From the NCBI RefSeq assembly GCF_009914755.1, contig NC_060933.1: 64,000 nucleotides of DNA; one strand, 5' to 3'. The stretch comes from the human T2T-CHM13v2.0 reference genome, Homo sapiens. The translations under genes and the position numbers were made by a program. Numbering within the stretch: the first letter of the stretch is position 1; every line of letters begins with the position of its first letter. Positions 26,726-41,395 of this stretch are shown here, in pieces. The notes beneath the pieces were generated by a model that did no database searches, had not been told where the DNA came from, and saw nothing but the letters and a program-made list of their open reading frames with translations.

Positions 26726-29700
26726 TTATATATAGTGTACAGTTTGCATAAAAGATTTTGGTGTTAAAAGGCCTTACCAATAGTGAGAGTCTGGACAAGT
26801 TTGGTAGTTTAATTAGTTTTTCTCACCTAGTAATTCTATCAATATGAAGAATTCTAACTTTAAATTGCCCTGAAAAGAAAGTCCACACTATTTCATATGT
26901 GTATGTATTTACATATGTATGTATATTAATGTATATGTATATATATATATTATACTTTCCCCTATTCAACCATTCAAAGTGCTCAGAATATCAAGGAAAA
27001 AAAGATAACCATAAAGCAAGAACTTCTCCATTTTTAGGAAAAAAAAATTCTATGTAGCAAGAAAATTTATGAAGCTAATGTATGAATCGTCACTGAGCTA
27101 GACATAATATGCAATTAAGCATAAAAGGTAAAATTATGTTCTACATTTCTACAAGTGGTCAACTGTACTGTACCATCCATAAGTCAGACATTGCACCACA
27201 CAAAATACATCAGAATTACATATTCATTGATGTAAAAAAATGGCAGCTATCAATAGAATATATTTTAACTCTGAAATTTAACATTTCTGGATTTATTTTT
27301 GGCAGTATTTAATTCTTTAAAATGTCATTAAATGGCTTAATAATATGCACACATAAATTGTACTCAAGAAAAAAATGATTAACTTAAAATGTGCAGAACA
27401 ATAGAATCAGCTAGTGGTTTTAGTTGAAAGACTGTATCTGCGTAACTATATCTGTGTAAGTACTGTTTCCCCTGGCTCTAAAAGTATCACTTTAGCCTGG
27501 TTTTCTTCCCACTCTTAAAATATCAAGGCAATGTTAAGCATGTTCTGTGCCTCTTCCTTTCATTAATCTTAGGCTGGATTTACTCTCCTCAAAGAATTGA
27601 AATAGGATAGCCACTGCCTAAACCAGTTTAATCACACTAGCTACTTCAAACCATTATTATATTTCAAACCACTTCTATTCTTTTAAACATATTACCTTCT
27701 AATTAAATTAAATGCCTTTATGGTCACTTAAGCAACAACAGAATATATTCAAACATAAACCATATTTTGTAAATCAATGATGAGCACATTAAATAGCTTT
27801 AAGGGGTGGGCCAAAAAGTGCCAAAGGTAATCAAACTTTTATGTGACTCCACTGTTACTTTACTGCTTCTAAGCAGAAGCTATATTCATTTTCAGTTCTC
27901 TTATATCAACATTGTAAGGTGCTTACACAAGCCTGGGCAGTTTAGTCACTTCTGCTCATACAGATTTTTACACGGAAGAAAATTTTAAAGACAGGCTATT
28001 TAATACGAACCTCGTTGTATATATTTACTAAAATAACTAAACTTGTTCTGTTAATGAAATTTTACTCCTTGTGCAAAGTAGTAAGTATTTCATCTCTTAG
28101 TGCATATTTTTTTCTATTACTGCTCCTGTAATCTTTAATGATCCTGCCCCAAGATTGAAATCTGAATGAGAGGTCATTTTATAAAAGTTTAAAGAATTCT
28201 TAATCACTTACCAATACTGAAAATGACTTAACATACAGTACATAACATTCCTCTTTGAAAACAATTTTGTTTCTGATTGTCTACTGCCATGTTACTATTT
28301 TCAGCTGCTACCCTCTCCTGCAAAACTCTCCTCATATCCTATACCACAAAGACTAAGCCAGAAAGATGAAAATAAGAATACTAGCTTCCACAGTTCAACT
28401 ACTAATTCTGTACTATCACGTTAAGCTCTCTCTATACGCTTATCTCATTTTCCCTTTCACTTTATCTTTCAGGTAATATTCCCATTTTTACATTAAAAAT
28501 CTGGGATCAAGGCAGTTAAGGAACTTATTTAAGGATAATTAGCTATCAAATGACAAAACCAGGATTTGAACTCTGGTTTCCCTTATTCAAAAGAACCCAC
28601 ATTTTTCCCTAACAATTTTGCAAGCTAACACACTTCATGCAAGATGCATCAGATTAAAAAAATTACACTAAATATGTAAGTTAAAGATACTTGTGTATGT
28701 GGAACTGGCATACAACTGTCTCATACAGCACAGTTTGCATCTTTGTGGAAATTTCACAGATCCATGCAAGTACTACAACAAGCCTTCTATTAATGTTGTG
28801 ACAGTCCTGACAAAAATCTACATTCAAGATTAGTTGCAGGAGGTAATCTTCCCACAAATCTGCTTCATACTGAACCTGTGTTTGTGTCTTCAAGAGTGAG
28901 CTGTGATTTGATACTCACAGGCTGATCTACAGTGTTTATGCCATACCTCGTGATGTGAAATATAGTGACAAAGTCTTGAAATGTTACAATATGTACCAAT
29001 TCAGGCTACTTAACTGCTAAACTACAATCTGAACAATTGATAGGCAGTACTATTCTATAAAGTGCTACAGTCACTATACTATATAACAAAGTAAATAGAA
29101 ATATCTTGAAGGTAACAAGTGCCACAAGGAATTCTTCTCTAAATAAGCAAACAATTAAATGTTCTGAAAGTGATGCCCAAATTTAAATATTAAATTCACA
29201 GTGGCTCCAGTGGATTATTAAAGGATAAAGAAAAAAACTGATAACCTCGTGGTGAAACTTCCAAAAATTAGAGTTTTTGCCTGGTAAAGGCAGTATTTAC
29301 ATTGAACTGGAGCTGTAACTCATCACTTAGCAGGAAAAAGATTTTTTGGTGAAGTCATGCTGATCTCTCGAACTAGGATGCCTCATACTAGTAGGAACTA
29401 GTATGATATCAGATGGGTGTATAAAAATATCTCAATGGGAAATGCCACTGTGGACAAACTATTATTACAGGAATGTGAAAGAATACACCACTTAATCACT
29501 GACAAACATCTCTACCTCAAGCAAAAGTGTTACAAAAAAATTGCTTACACTATACCATTTACTTGTTCTATGCCATAAGCTTGCTTAAAGAGGCTGATTT
29601 TACCTTTAGCTGAAGCTGTGTATTTTCTAATCTGTTTAGGGCAGCTGTCAAGTAATCAGAGTAAGCAGTGCCATTTTAATAAGGAAGTCTTTTAATGAAA

Positions 29701-30584
29701 TATAATAGGTCACAAATACCTAATTTCTGCTCTTTACTGTAATTGCCCGTCTTTACTATAACTGCCACTTTAACAATCTTTTCCAAATGCTGACACAAAA
29801 GATGAACAAATCAAGGGTATTAGCATGTGTGTATATTTACAGCTTATTGCTGTCAAAGACTGTAGTTCCAACTCTAGCAGCTATATGAGGATCTGATTCT
29901 TTTGATGGAAGCATCTTGTTTCAGGTTGTGAATGTATCTGAATTAATCTCCTTTTCACGTCTACATTAGCAATCACATACTAAAGGACACAAAGGAGAAA
30001 TGTTAACTTACAGCACAATGTTACACTCTTAGGAATATCACCGATACTTTTACTGTCGCTGTAAAGGATTATATATTTTAACACTTTACTCTTCTTTAAT
30101 AAATTCTGTGCTCCACTACTTATTAGTTCTTAATTTCAAAAAATGTTGTTCATGTACAGTTCAAATAGCCTGTTTTCTTAGATAAATTTTAAGTTTATCA
30201 TAATCATCAGTTTTATATGAACATCCCTTGAATCACATAAAACTACAAGGAGCTGCTGCAAAGTGAAACAGAGGGCCACAGCAAGAGTGAGAAAACACAA
30301 ATATCAGTTTTATTTCTAAAAAGCATTATTTTGCTACAGTACACTTTTAAGTTGTTGATAAACTGTTTAAAAATACTTCCCTGAAAACTTCTTTACGTGA
30401 TATCCTTTTTTTGTTGTTGTTATTTTGGGTATATTATTTTTAAGCAGTAGCTGTTTAAATTTGGTACTATTATTGCTATTTTAATACCACAAGTCCTGTG
30501 CACAAACAGCAGTAGTTTTATAAGAAGGTTGCCCATTTTTGAAAAGCTAAGCTTTCCCAAATCAAACTAGCTTACCGTGAAAAG

Positions 30585-30690
30585 AAAACCATGACAACTG
30601 TTTGTACCTCTTGCTTTATTATTACATCCGGCCTGGTCACTCTTAGAAATTCAATCTATTACGGTTGCTAGGAGTCTGTTGCTGTGCAAC
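30585..30690. promoter_or_regulatory. Cluster of RFX X-box-like motifs (candidate intronic enhancer)
   Basis: GTTGCTGTGCAAC at 30678-30690, GTTGCTAGGAGTC at 30664-30676, minus-strand GTTGTCATGGTTTT at 30598-30585. Confidence 0.55.
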
Positions 30691-33364
30691 CTAAAAGGGT
30701 ATGCTGTGCTTTCAGGATAAGGAGTACTAATAAACCTGTAGGCTTCCCTCTATGGGTCCAACCAGTGTGTTTAAAGGGCTTAATACTTTTCAGGAGTGAT
30801 TGGCCTACAATTCAAGACACATCCTATTAAAAACAAGTCACACTGAGAGATTTCTAACAAAGGGACAAAATGCTAAACATACACAAATATTCAAAATGTA
30901 TCCTCAGAATCCCTAACTAATTTGGTAAAACAAACAATGAACAGATTATCATCTACATTTCAATTATACCACCTACCAATCCCAAGTTTTTATTTTCATA
31001 CAGTCTCCTAAAAGGTCATAATGGATATAAATGAACTGAGCAAGTTTTAGGGAAAAAAGCAGCACTAAGTACCTTCAACTTTTATAAACTTCAATAATAG
31101 AAAAATAAGTTAAAACTAGGAATCCCAGAAATCATGAAGTTGGTAAAAATAAAAACCATTCCCCCAAAAAAATTATTTTAAAAATCAAGAAGTTCAACAT
31201 TTCATTATAAAAACAGATTTTTTTCATCACTTTTGGACAGTAATAATTTTATATTAATTATAAAATCTATACCAGCCTATCATATGCACATTCTATAACT
31301 TTAAAGATTAACACTTAATAAATTATTCACATAAATTTACTAAAATTAGATAGCATTATTTGAATGTAAATGAGAAGAAAAGCACAGCAGAGTTTATAAA
31401 TGAAATACTGTTAAGTCAAATTGTGGGAAATGGATTTTGAAAAGTGGGTAGACATTAAGGGACAGCTTCTGATTCCTTTAGAAACTGTACTAATTTGTAT
31501 TACTTATTTTTAAATAAGCCTTTTTCATAAGATATTTGGAGACCAAGATAAAGGTGTTCTATCATAAAATACCAAAGACCACACACACAAAAATAATAAT
31601 CATCTTAACTATGAAAATCTATCCAGGACTTTCCACGGATATTTTTGCTATATTAATATTACCTGCAACTTTGGAAAGTTAATTTTTTTTAAGTGAGACA
31701 TTTTCTCTACATTCTTGGAACCATTTAGCCCTTCAACTTAACTATTCTGAGCTGGGAACCCTTTAAATAACCTGTCAACTGCACTACCTTATTCCTTTTT
31801 AAAGAGCCAGTTATCTGTCCTTCAATGGTTGCTTTCATTTCTTCTCATTACACACTACAGGAAGCAGAGTAAAAGAAATTAACTATTTCTCTAAAAGTAC
31901 CCCAGAGCAACAAACAGAGGAATGTGGAACAACTATCCAAAAAAGAAAGGCCAAGAAATCAACAATAAAGGAGAGCTGAAGTACACTGAGAGGTGTAAAG
32001 GCAACATCTGACCAAAGAACTGAGGATGAAGCAAGAAGAGAATGGGTTCACTAAGGTGGTTTAGAACTGAAACAGCGCATAGCAAAGCAAAGCACAGCAC
32101 AGCAGAGCAAATGGGAGAAAAGAGGTAGAAGAAAATGACGGACAAGAACGTGTTAGAAAGAGAACTGAAAGAGGATTTGTTAAAAGAAATGTGGATTCAT
32201 TTTCCGGATGAAAAGAAAAGGAAAAAAGAGAAAACAAATATGAAAGTTTATATTCAATAATTATATATTCCTTGCTTCATCCTTCTTAAAACAAATGCAA
32301 CTCAGAAAAAAAAGTTCTTAAAAGATTCAGTGATGTCAGCAGACACAATGTAAAAACCAAGATTAGTAACTTAAAGGCTCCACTTAATTTTACAAAGAAT
32401 TAATTTGAATACTTTCTAGTTCTCCTGTATGACAAGAAAAATTTAACTTGATTCCATAGGGCCTAATGTATGAACACCTTTTAAAAGTAATTAAAATTGA
32501 TATTTCCCAAATAAGAACAAATCATTCAAACACACGCACTACACATACACACACACTAGTCAATAAAGTTATTAAAGTCAGATTCTACTGAGGAGTATAC
32601 TAGTCACAAGGCACGTGTTAGGCAAATGTGTTAACTTCCAAAACAGTTATTTAATACTTAGTCAATTATTAGTTGAGTATATTCAATAATTCTGTTAAGG
32701 ATCTGATCTTAAAGAATCAAAGTTCTAAACTGGTTACATGAATACTTAGGACCCTGTCAATACTATTAACTAAATGGCAAAAATAAAACCAACAGGTATG
32801 GATATCTATATTGGCAGTGTCATTGGAATGTGCCTTCTGGTATTCATTGGGTCCTTGTCTCCTCAAGGCTACAAAGCTTCAATATAATTAAGTGTGGCAT
32901 TCGTAAAAGAAACTATATACTATGTAGCTATATAAAATAACATATTCCACCATGCAATTAGCCTCTTTTTGGCAAATTCCAGTTTTCTTGGACTAGTAAC
33001 ACCCTATTACATTTGCTTCATCTCCATTTACCCACCTTCCTAAAAGAAAATTTTTAAAAATCAAAGATCCTCAGTAAATGTTGCCAAATAGAACAGATTT
33101 TTCTTAATTTCATAATTTTTATCAAGAATTGTAAATTCTTTGATATATAAATAGAGTTGGTAAACAAGAACTTGACTTACAGGTTAGAATACTTTTCTGT
33201 ACACATGTATTACCAAGTATAAAAAGAAAAATAAAATTACTCCGAGGGCCATAAAAATATTATTTCTCCTGACAGACTATTTCCTTATTTTGTTTCTTCA
33301 AATTATTTCAACAATTTGTTTAGCCAAGATCAATAAGGATGTTGATATACAAAAAGATACATAT

Positions 33365-33753
<389 letters not shown>

Positions 33754-33756
33754 TAA

Positions 33757-34095
<339 letters not shown>

Positions 34096-35919
34096 ATCAC
34101 TTTCACTTTTTAACTACTACCATTCACCTTTATATATCTAAAAACTTGAGATACTGAAATGAGCTGATTTTTGAAATCAATAATTGAGGATAATGAAAAG
34201 GTACCTTGAAGTACATTCTATAAATCCAAAGGATAATTTCAGCCACATCATATTATGAATGCCAAAAACTCACTTATATATTTCACAATTTTTAGTGAAA
34301 GAAAAATACACAGAAAATCTTTCAAAAACATAAAAGCCATCTTAATAAAGAGGTAAATAATACCATCTCACAGAACTTTCAGTCTTTGTGCAGTCAACAC
34401 TAAATTTGAAAAATTATACAGTATTCAATTCCAACTCTAAATCTAACATCAGACATATGACACTTCACAATTCAAAATATTAAATTTAACACTTGTTTAG
34501 AAACTTTCATTATTTTCACGATTTTTTTTTCCTCACCCTTCCATCCACAGGGTAGATAACACAACATACAAGGCAGAGCAATGGACTGGCAATGTGAATG
34601 TTAGCCCTGAGTCATCTATGTCGGTTCTCTTTCCAAAGGTAAAAAGCAATGGGAATAATAAGATAGGTGGGGAATAAATGATTATAGCTGGAACCAGATT
34701 AACCATAAGTTGTTAACTTTAAAGGAGAGTGATGGATACATGGAAATTCACTTCATCATTTCATCAAACTGCTCTATGCTGTAATATGCTTAGATGTTTC
34801 CTAATCAAAAGAGTTACGAGGAAAAACATGAGAGAAGACTCATTGGTCACCAAAGTCTCTTATACCTCACATATCTTTTCATAAACACAACGGTGGTACA
34901 AACAAGTGGAGATACTAAATTTTGCTTAATTTTTTACTTTTTTAATGTCAGAAATAACCAGGTACTCGTCTTCAACAGACTCTGGCCCACAGCTTGAGAA
35001 AATGTGTGCACAGCTGACTCACTTCAGACATAAATGCCTGGGCATATTTGCAAGTATAATCATTGAACCGGCCTTTCAGGATAGAAACCTAGATTAAAAA
35101 TAAATATTGTATATATAATTGTATAAGTTCAAAGAGAGAAAGATGGTTTTTTGCTTTGCTTAAGGTTCCATAAAAATGTCTATTTCCTTAAATAACTTAA
35201 ATGTATACACATTTATGTTATATTTATTATATTTTATTTTGTACCATTTTTTAAGTAGTCCAATACAGTAGAATAGCCTCGAATACTGTGAAACTGTACA
35301 TTTCATAATGGATGACAGGCACATAATGCTGAATATTTGACACCAAACTGAGTATCTGACACCAAACTGAAATGGAAAATATGGTTGTGACACTAGTACA
35401 CAGAAAACCCCATTCTAAAAATATCAGTATGACAATCTATTTGTCAAAATAATAGAATTCAAGACAATTTGCCTCCATTAGTAACTTTTATTTAAATAAT
35501 CTCTCATTTGCCTTTTATGTCTTTTTACATGTACAAAGTTTTACAAATAAATACAATTCATAAATTACTATCAAAGATGACTAGATGATAGCTATGCTAT
35601 ATAAACAATGACATTGTTTCATATAAAACACTGAAGAGCATTTTTATCACAGAAGCCATCATATGCAAAGATTCTGTCAAATTTAAATTAGCCATAAGTA
35701 AACTAAGGGTATAACCAACCAAATTAGCAGTCTGGCTAACTCTAATTTCTATTTGCCTATTATTGTAATTTTTACTTTTAACACTTCATGTGCACACGCT
35801 GTTCAATTTTTTAAGTGTTTCCAAAGAGCCTCCAACTTGGAAGCAGGTAGGGTGGACTTCAAGAATTTAATTTTGAAAATGGCTCAATCGGCTCGATTCC
35901 TTAGTTTTGATCAATACAT

Positions 35920-37887
35920 CTTTCTCTCTCTCTCTCTCTCCCTCTCTCTTTATATATATTATATATTATACATATTATATATTATATATATTATATATTA
36001 TACATATTATATATTATATATATTATATATATTATATACTATATTATATACTATATATTATATATATATTTTATATATAATATATACTATATTGTATATA
36101 ACATATAAAATATATATTATATACCACATAGCATATATTATATATAAAATATATATTATATGCCACATAGCATATATTGTATATAAAATATATATTATAT
36201 ACCACATAGCATATATTGTATATAAAATATATATTATATACCACATAGTATATATTGTATATAAAATATATATTATATGCCATATGGTATATATTGCATA
36301 TAAAATATATATTATATGCCATATGGTATATATTGCATATAAAATATATATTATATGCCATATGGTATATATTGCATATAAAATATATAGTATATGCCAT
36401 ATGGTATATATTGCATATAAAATATATAGTATATGCCATATGGTATATATTGCATATAAAATATATAGTATATGCCATATGGTATATATTGCATATAAAA
36501 TATATAGTATATGCCATATGGTATATATTGCATATAAAATATATAGTATATGCCATATGGTATATATTGCATATAAAATATATAGTATATGCCATATGGT
36601 ATATATTGCATATAAAATATATAGTATATGCCATATGGTATATATTGCATATAAAATATATAGTATATGCCATATGGTATATATTGTATATAAAATATAT
36701 AGTATATGCCATATGGTATATATTGTATATAAAATATATAGTATATGCCATATGGTATATATTGTATATAAAATATATAGTATATGCCATATGGTATATA
36801 TTGTATATAAAATATATAGTATATGCCATATGGTATATATTGTATATAAAATATATAGTATATGCTATATGGTATATATTGTATATAAAATATATATTAT
36901 ATGCTATATGGTATATATTGTATATAAAATATATATTATATGCTATATGGTATATATTGTATATAAAATATATGCTATATGTATATATTGTATATAAAAT
37001 ATATATTATATTATATATAAAATATATATTATATATAAAATATGTATAAAATATATATATTATATATGATATAATATATATTATATATATTATATATAAT
37101 ATAACATATATTATATATATATATAATATAACATATATTATATATAATATATATAATATAATATATATTATATATAATATATATTATATAATATATATGT
37201 TATATATATTATATAAAATGTATAATAAAATATTTTAAATAATATAATATATTTTATATTATATATAAAATATATAATAAAATATAAAAATAAAATATTT
37301 TATATATTTAGATTTATTTTATATTTTATTTTTATATATTTATATTTATATATTATATGAATATATGAAATATATTTTATATTCATATAAATATATATAT
37401 GAATATATATTTATATATATATGAATATATATTTATATATGAATATATATTTATATATATATGAATATATATTTATATATATATGAATATATACATTTTT
37501 ATATTTATATATATATAAATATATATTAATGTATATTTATATTTTATATAAATAAAATATTTTATATTTATATAAATATAAAATATTTTATATTTATATA
37601 ATATAAAATAAAATACTTTATATTTATATAAAATATAAAATAAAATACTTTATTTTATATAAATATAAAATAAAATACTTTATTTTATATAAATATAAAA
37701 TAAAATACTTTATTTTATATAAATATAAAATAAAATACTTTATTTTATATAAATATAAAATAAAATACTTTATTTTATATAAATATAAAATAAAATACTT
37801 TATATTTATATAAAATAAAATACTTTATATTTATATAAAATATAAAATAAAATATTTTATATTTATATAAAATATAAAATAAAATAT
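35920..37887. repeat. Compound AT-rich minisatellite: (CT)n, (TA)-rich DNA, about 22-23 copies of a 39-bp unit (about 36085-36975), about 20-bp units (about 37360-37495), about 30-bp units (about 37545-37887)
   Basis: 39-mer TATGGTATATATTGCATATAAAATATATAGTATATGCCA (13-aa periodicity in the ORF track); 30-mer TATTTTATATAAATATAAAATAAAATACTT. Confidence 0.97.
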
Positions 37888-38069
37888 TCAGGGAAAGGCA
37901 TATAAAAATGATAAAAGGGGGTAAAGAGAAAGGCAGAAAGTGCTGTGTGAGGACAGATGTAAAAATTAGGACTCTTTAACAGGAAGGCCAGCAGCTACCA
38001 AAGTATCAATATTATATTATAAATATACAAAGCCACATTTGAAGACATATTCAAAACTTCCTTCAGGTC

Positions 38070-38400
38070 TTTGTTCAAATGTTACCTTATCTGCAAGGTG
38101 TTCTTAATCATCCTATTTAAAATTACAACCTTCTCCACCCCCATCATTTACATATCATTTACACTCTCTACCCCCCTGCTTCTCACATTTGTTTTTTCCA
38201 TAGCATTGACAACCATCTATTATAATACATACTCATTTATCTTCTCTCTCCCTCACCCCCAATTGTTTGAATGTGAGTTCCTTCAAGGGCAGAGGCCCTT
38301 GAAGAATGATCAGTTTTATTCATTCTTGTATCCTTCACAGCAGTTCACTTCTTGGCCCCTACTTTATGTGCCAATATTTGCTCAAGAAATGAATGAAATA
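38070..38400. mobile_element. L2 3'-end fragment
   Basis: TTCAGGTCTTTGTTCAAATGTTACC...TGTGAGTTCCTTCAAGGGCAG...AATATTTGCTCAAGAAATGAATGAA. Confidence 0.65.
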
Positions 38401-39968
38401 ATTTTTAAAAAGTGAAATGAGCATGTATATTAAAACTTACAGAAATTGAAGAGCACTCCTTAAGTCTGGAAAGAGGTTAAGATGACTTCACAAACGGCAC
38501 TAAATTCAGCAACTCATCATCTCGAGAGATGGTATACAATGAATATACACTAATTAAAATGAGGGCTGGATAGATTTATGAAGGACAACTGTTTTTTTTT
38601 TTTTAAAAAAAAAGGTTTTTCAGGGTAAAGTCTCTGTAGCAGACATAAAGGCAGATAATCATACCTTCGCATAGTGCAACCCTAATTAAAATATCACAAA
38701 TGCAAACATGGATCTCACTACTGTAGTAATTCCATTCTGATACTACTGGTTGCCTTGGTGTAACCCTGGAACTGAAGTCCTGATCCTCTACTTTTGACAT
38801 CCCAGCAGGCACAGTAAAGTTAGGCAGTAGAAGGAAAAACCCAAAGTTTGGGATATTCAAAGTAGTCCCCCAAAGCAAGGTTCCCATAATGCCCCGCATG
38901 TCTCTCCTATATTAAGGAATTCTTGCACCCTGTCACAACTAGAAAATAGAAATAAGGTATAGAATCCTTAAAGGCATTCCCCAACTTCTGAAAGTAAGAT
39001 ATTAGCCTTGTTGGATACTAAGAAAATCCAAACAAGTCTGGAATTATATCTATATATAGATATATGAGTCTAGAATTTCACATATAGAGAAATGTATATA
39101 TATAAATATAGAATGAGGTGACAGAATGTCATTTGAAAAGGTAAGAAGAAAAAGACCTGGATTAAGGTCAGCCCAATCCACTGCCAGCTACATGATACTC
39201 TATTTGAAGAAATATCCAGAAATTCATGAATTCATGCCATTAAATTCATTTTGGAAAAAAAAGAAGTAAATAAATCCAATGGAAATAATAAAAGTAAGAC
39301 TGCATTGCTTGAAAGGTCATTGTAAAATCAGAACTAGACAAAATTTTTAAATAGTGAAATGTGTTTTCTAAAATTTGATTAGAGATTCCAAATTGACAAT
39401 CTGAAGCTTAAACAACTATTCATTGTTTCTACTAGAAAAAGACACTGGGTCTCATGCTGAGTTCAAAAACCTTGATTATGGAGTCTTCTGCCCTCAGTAA
39501 GCTTATAAACAATTTAAAAAGATTAAGCATTTACAACTGAACAAACAAAAATCTAAATCACAATTTCCAATTAGCAGAGATAATAAGAAATTACTAGAAA
39601 TGAACCCATCAAGTTAGGGACCACTCAAATTTTAGAAGAGATTAATTGAAGTAGGGTAGAAAACACATTCTAATAGAATAAAGGATGAGAACTAAGTTTT
39701 AGAGAAAAGAAATGACAAGGCAGAATTCAGACCATATAGGATAATAATAGCAATTGCCATTTATTAAACACTCACATGTCAGGCACAGTGCTATTTTGAC
39801 TATGTCATATACTGTCTTTGAAACAATCTTTTCAGGTTGATTTTATTAATCCTATTTCACAGAATTTAAGTAATCTGCCTAACATTAAACTGCTAGTCAG
39901 TGGCAGAGCTCGAATTCACACCCAGGGCTGTTCATTTTGAAGTTCATGCTCTTAACCAATACATAATA

Positions 39969-40277
39969 CAGTTGTCCCTCCGTAACCATGGGGAATTGGT
40001 TCCAGGACCTCCATCTTAAAAAAGGGTGCCCAACTCTCTTATATAAAATAGCATAGTATTTGTGTATAGCCTGTACACATCCTCCCGTGTATACTTTAAA
40101 TCATCTCTAGATTAATTATAATTCCTAATACAATGTAAGTGCTATATAAAGTTGTTATACTGTATTTACTTTTTTTATTGTTGTGTTGTTATATATTGTT
40201 TTCTTTTTTCAAGTGTTTCCCATCCTCAGCTGGTTGAATTCACAAATGCAGATCCCACAGATACGAAATGTAGACTG
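39969..40277. mobile_element. MER2 (TcMar-Tigger) MITE
   Basis: TA|CAGTTGTCCCTCCGTAACCATGGGGAATTGGTTCCAGGACC start; degenerate inverted end ...GATACGAAATGTAGACTG. Confidence 0.8.
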
Positions 40278-41341
40278 GTCAAAAAAGGGGAAGTACAGAG
40301 AAAAGTGGTGAAATACAAGTTTGAAAATGGACATGAGACTATAAGCTTCCTAACAGCAAAGACTGTGGTTGTTCTGTGGGACACTGTGATAACTAATAAA
40401 TATTTCTTAAACGACTCTGACGAAGAGGCAATGAGGAATCCTGAAAAGATTCTGACAGAGGGAAACGTAAAACTCTGAGCTATTTCTAAAAATTCAAAAA
40501 AACCTTCTTTTTAGAGGACTCTATTAATCTGAATTTTAAAAGTTAAGTAAAAATGATTCATAAGACATTAAGACCACGTTCCATATTTGAGTTTCCTTCT
40601 CTGCACATCCAACAAATACAGCAGTCTAGTATTTAGTTACTCTGGTAACTCAATCTCTATATTCAAATCCCAATTTAAGGCTTGCAAGTATTTAGCACTT
40701 TCTATTCATTTGAATTACACTTTCAATATTTGTATTTTCCATTCTAATTTATGAGTCAGTATATATGTTGATATATCAGAAATATAGTTCAATCTAAAAG
40801 TATATTATTTAGATCTCTCCCCCTAAAAACATTAACAGAAAGTAAAATGAATGTAATGCATTATATTCTGACTCTCTCAATTCATCTGAAACAGCGGCAT
40901 TAAATTTTAAAAAATGATAAAGAATAAAAAAGAGGAACTTCTAGGCAAAAAATGCAAGAGCTAACTAATATTTCATCATACTTTCGTTTATTACATCTCC
41001 CTTTTTGTTGAAGGTGAGGCTAAATCCAAAGGGAACAGTTTTACAAGAAGGTTTATCTGTGGGGATTTACACCTTGTTAAAAGCAAATGACAAGCGGTTT
41101 TCCCCCACAGGAAACATACTCCTGTTTTATATAAATGTATCCTTTCATATTTGTTACCACAAATGAGGCTGCAGAGAGCATCAGGTTACATTGGGAAGTT
41201 CAATTGCCATATTCTTGGTTTCTCTTAAATTGACTGTTTCAAATAATTAACAGGGTTAGGGCTCAAACTGCTCATCTTTAGCACAATACCGAAACTAATT
41301 CAAGTCTGAGCTCACTGATTTACTTCTAATTGTAAAACACA

Positions 41342-41395
41342 GACACACACACACACACACACAGAAAGAGAGACACAGAGAGGAGAGAGAGAGAA
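41342..41395. repeat. (CA)n followed by GA-rich microsatellite
   Basis: Seen directly. Confidence 0.9.

Noticed and set aside
36085-36975. CRISPR-like array
   Set aside because: Units are head-to-tail with no unique spacers, there are no cas genes, and the context is primate.
35753-37049. 414-, 264-, 252- and 99-aa ORFs
   Set aside because: They are translations of the 39-bp minisatellite (13-aa periodic I/Y-rich text, open on both strands), not genes.
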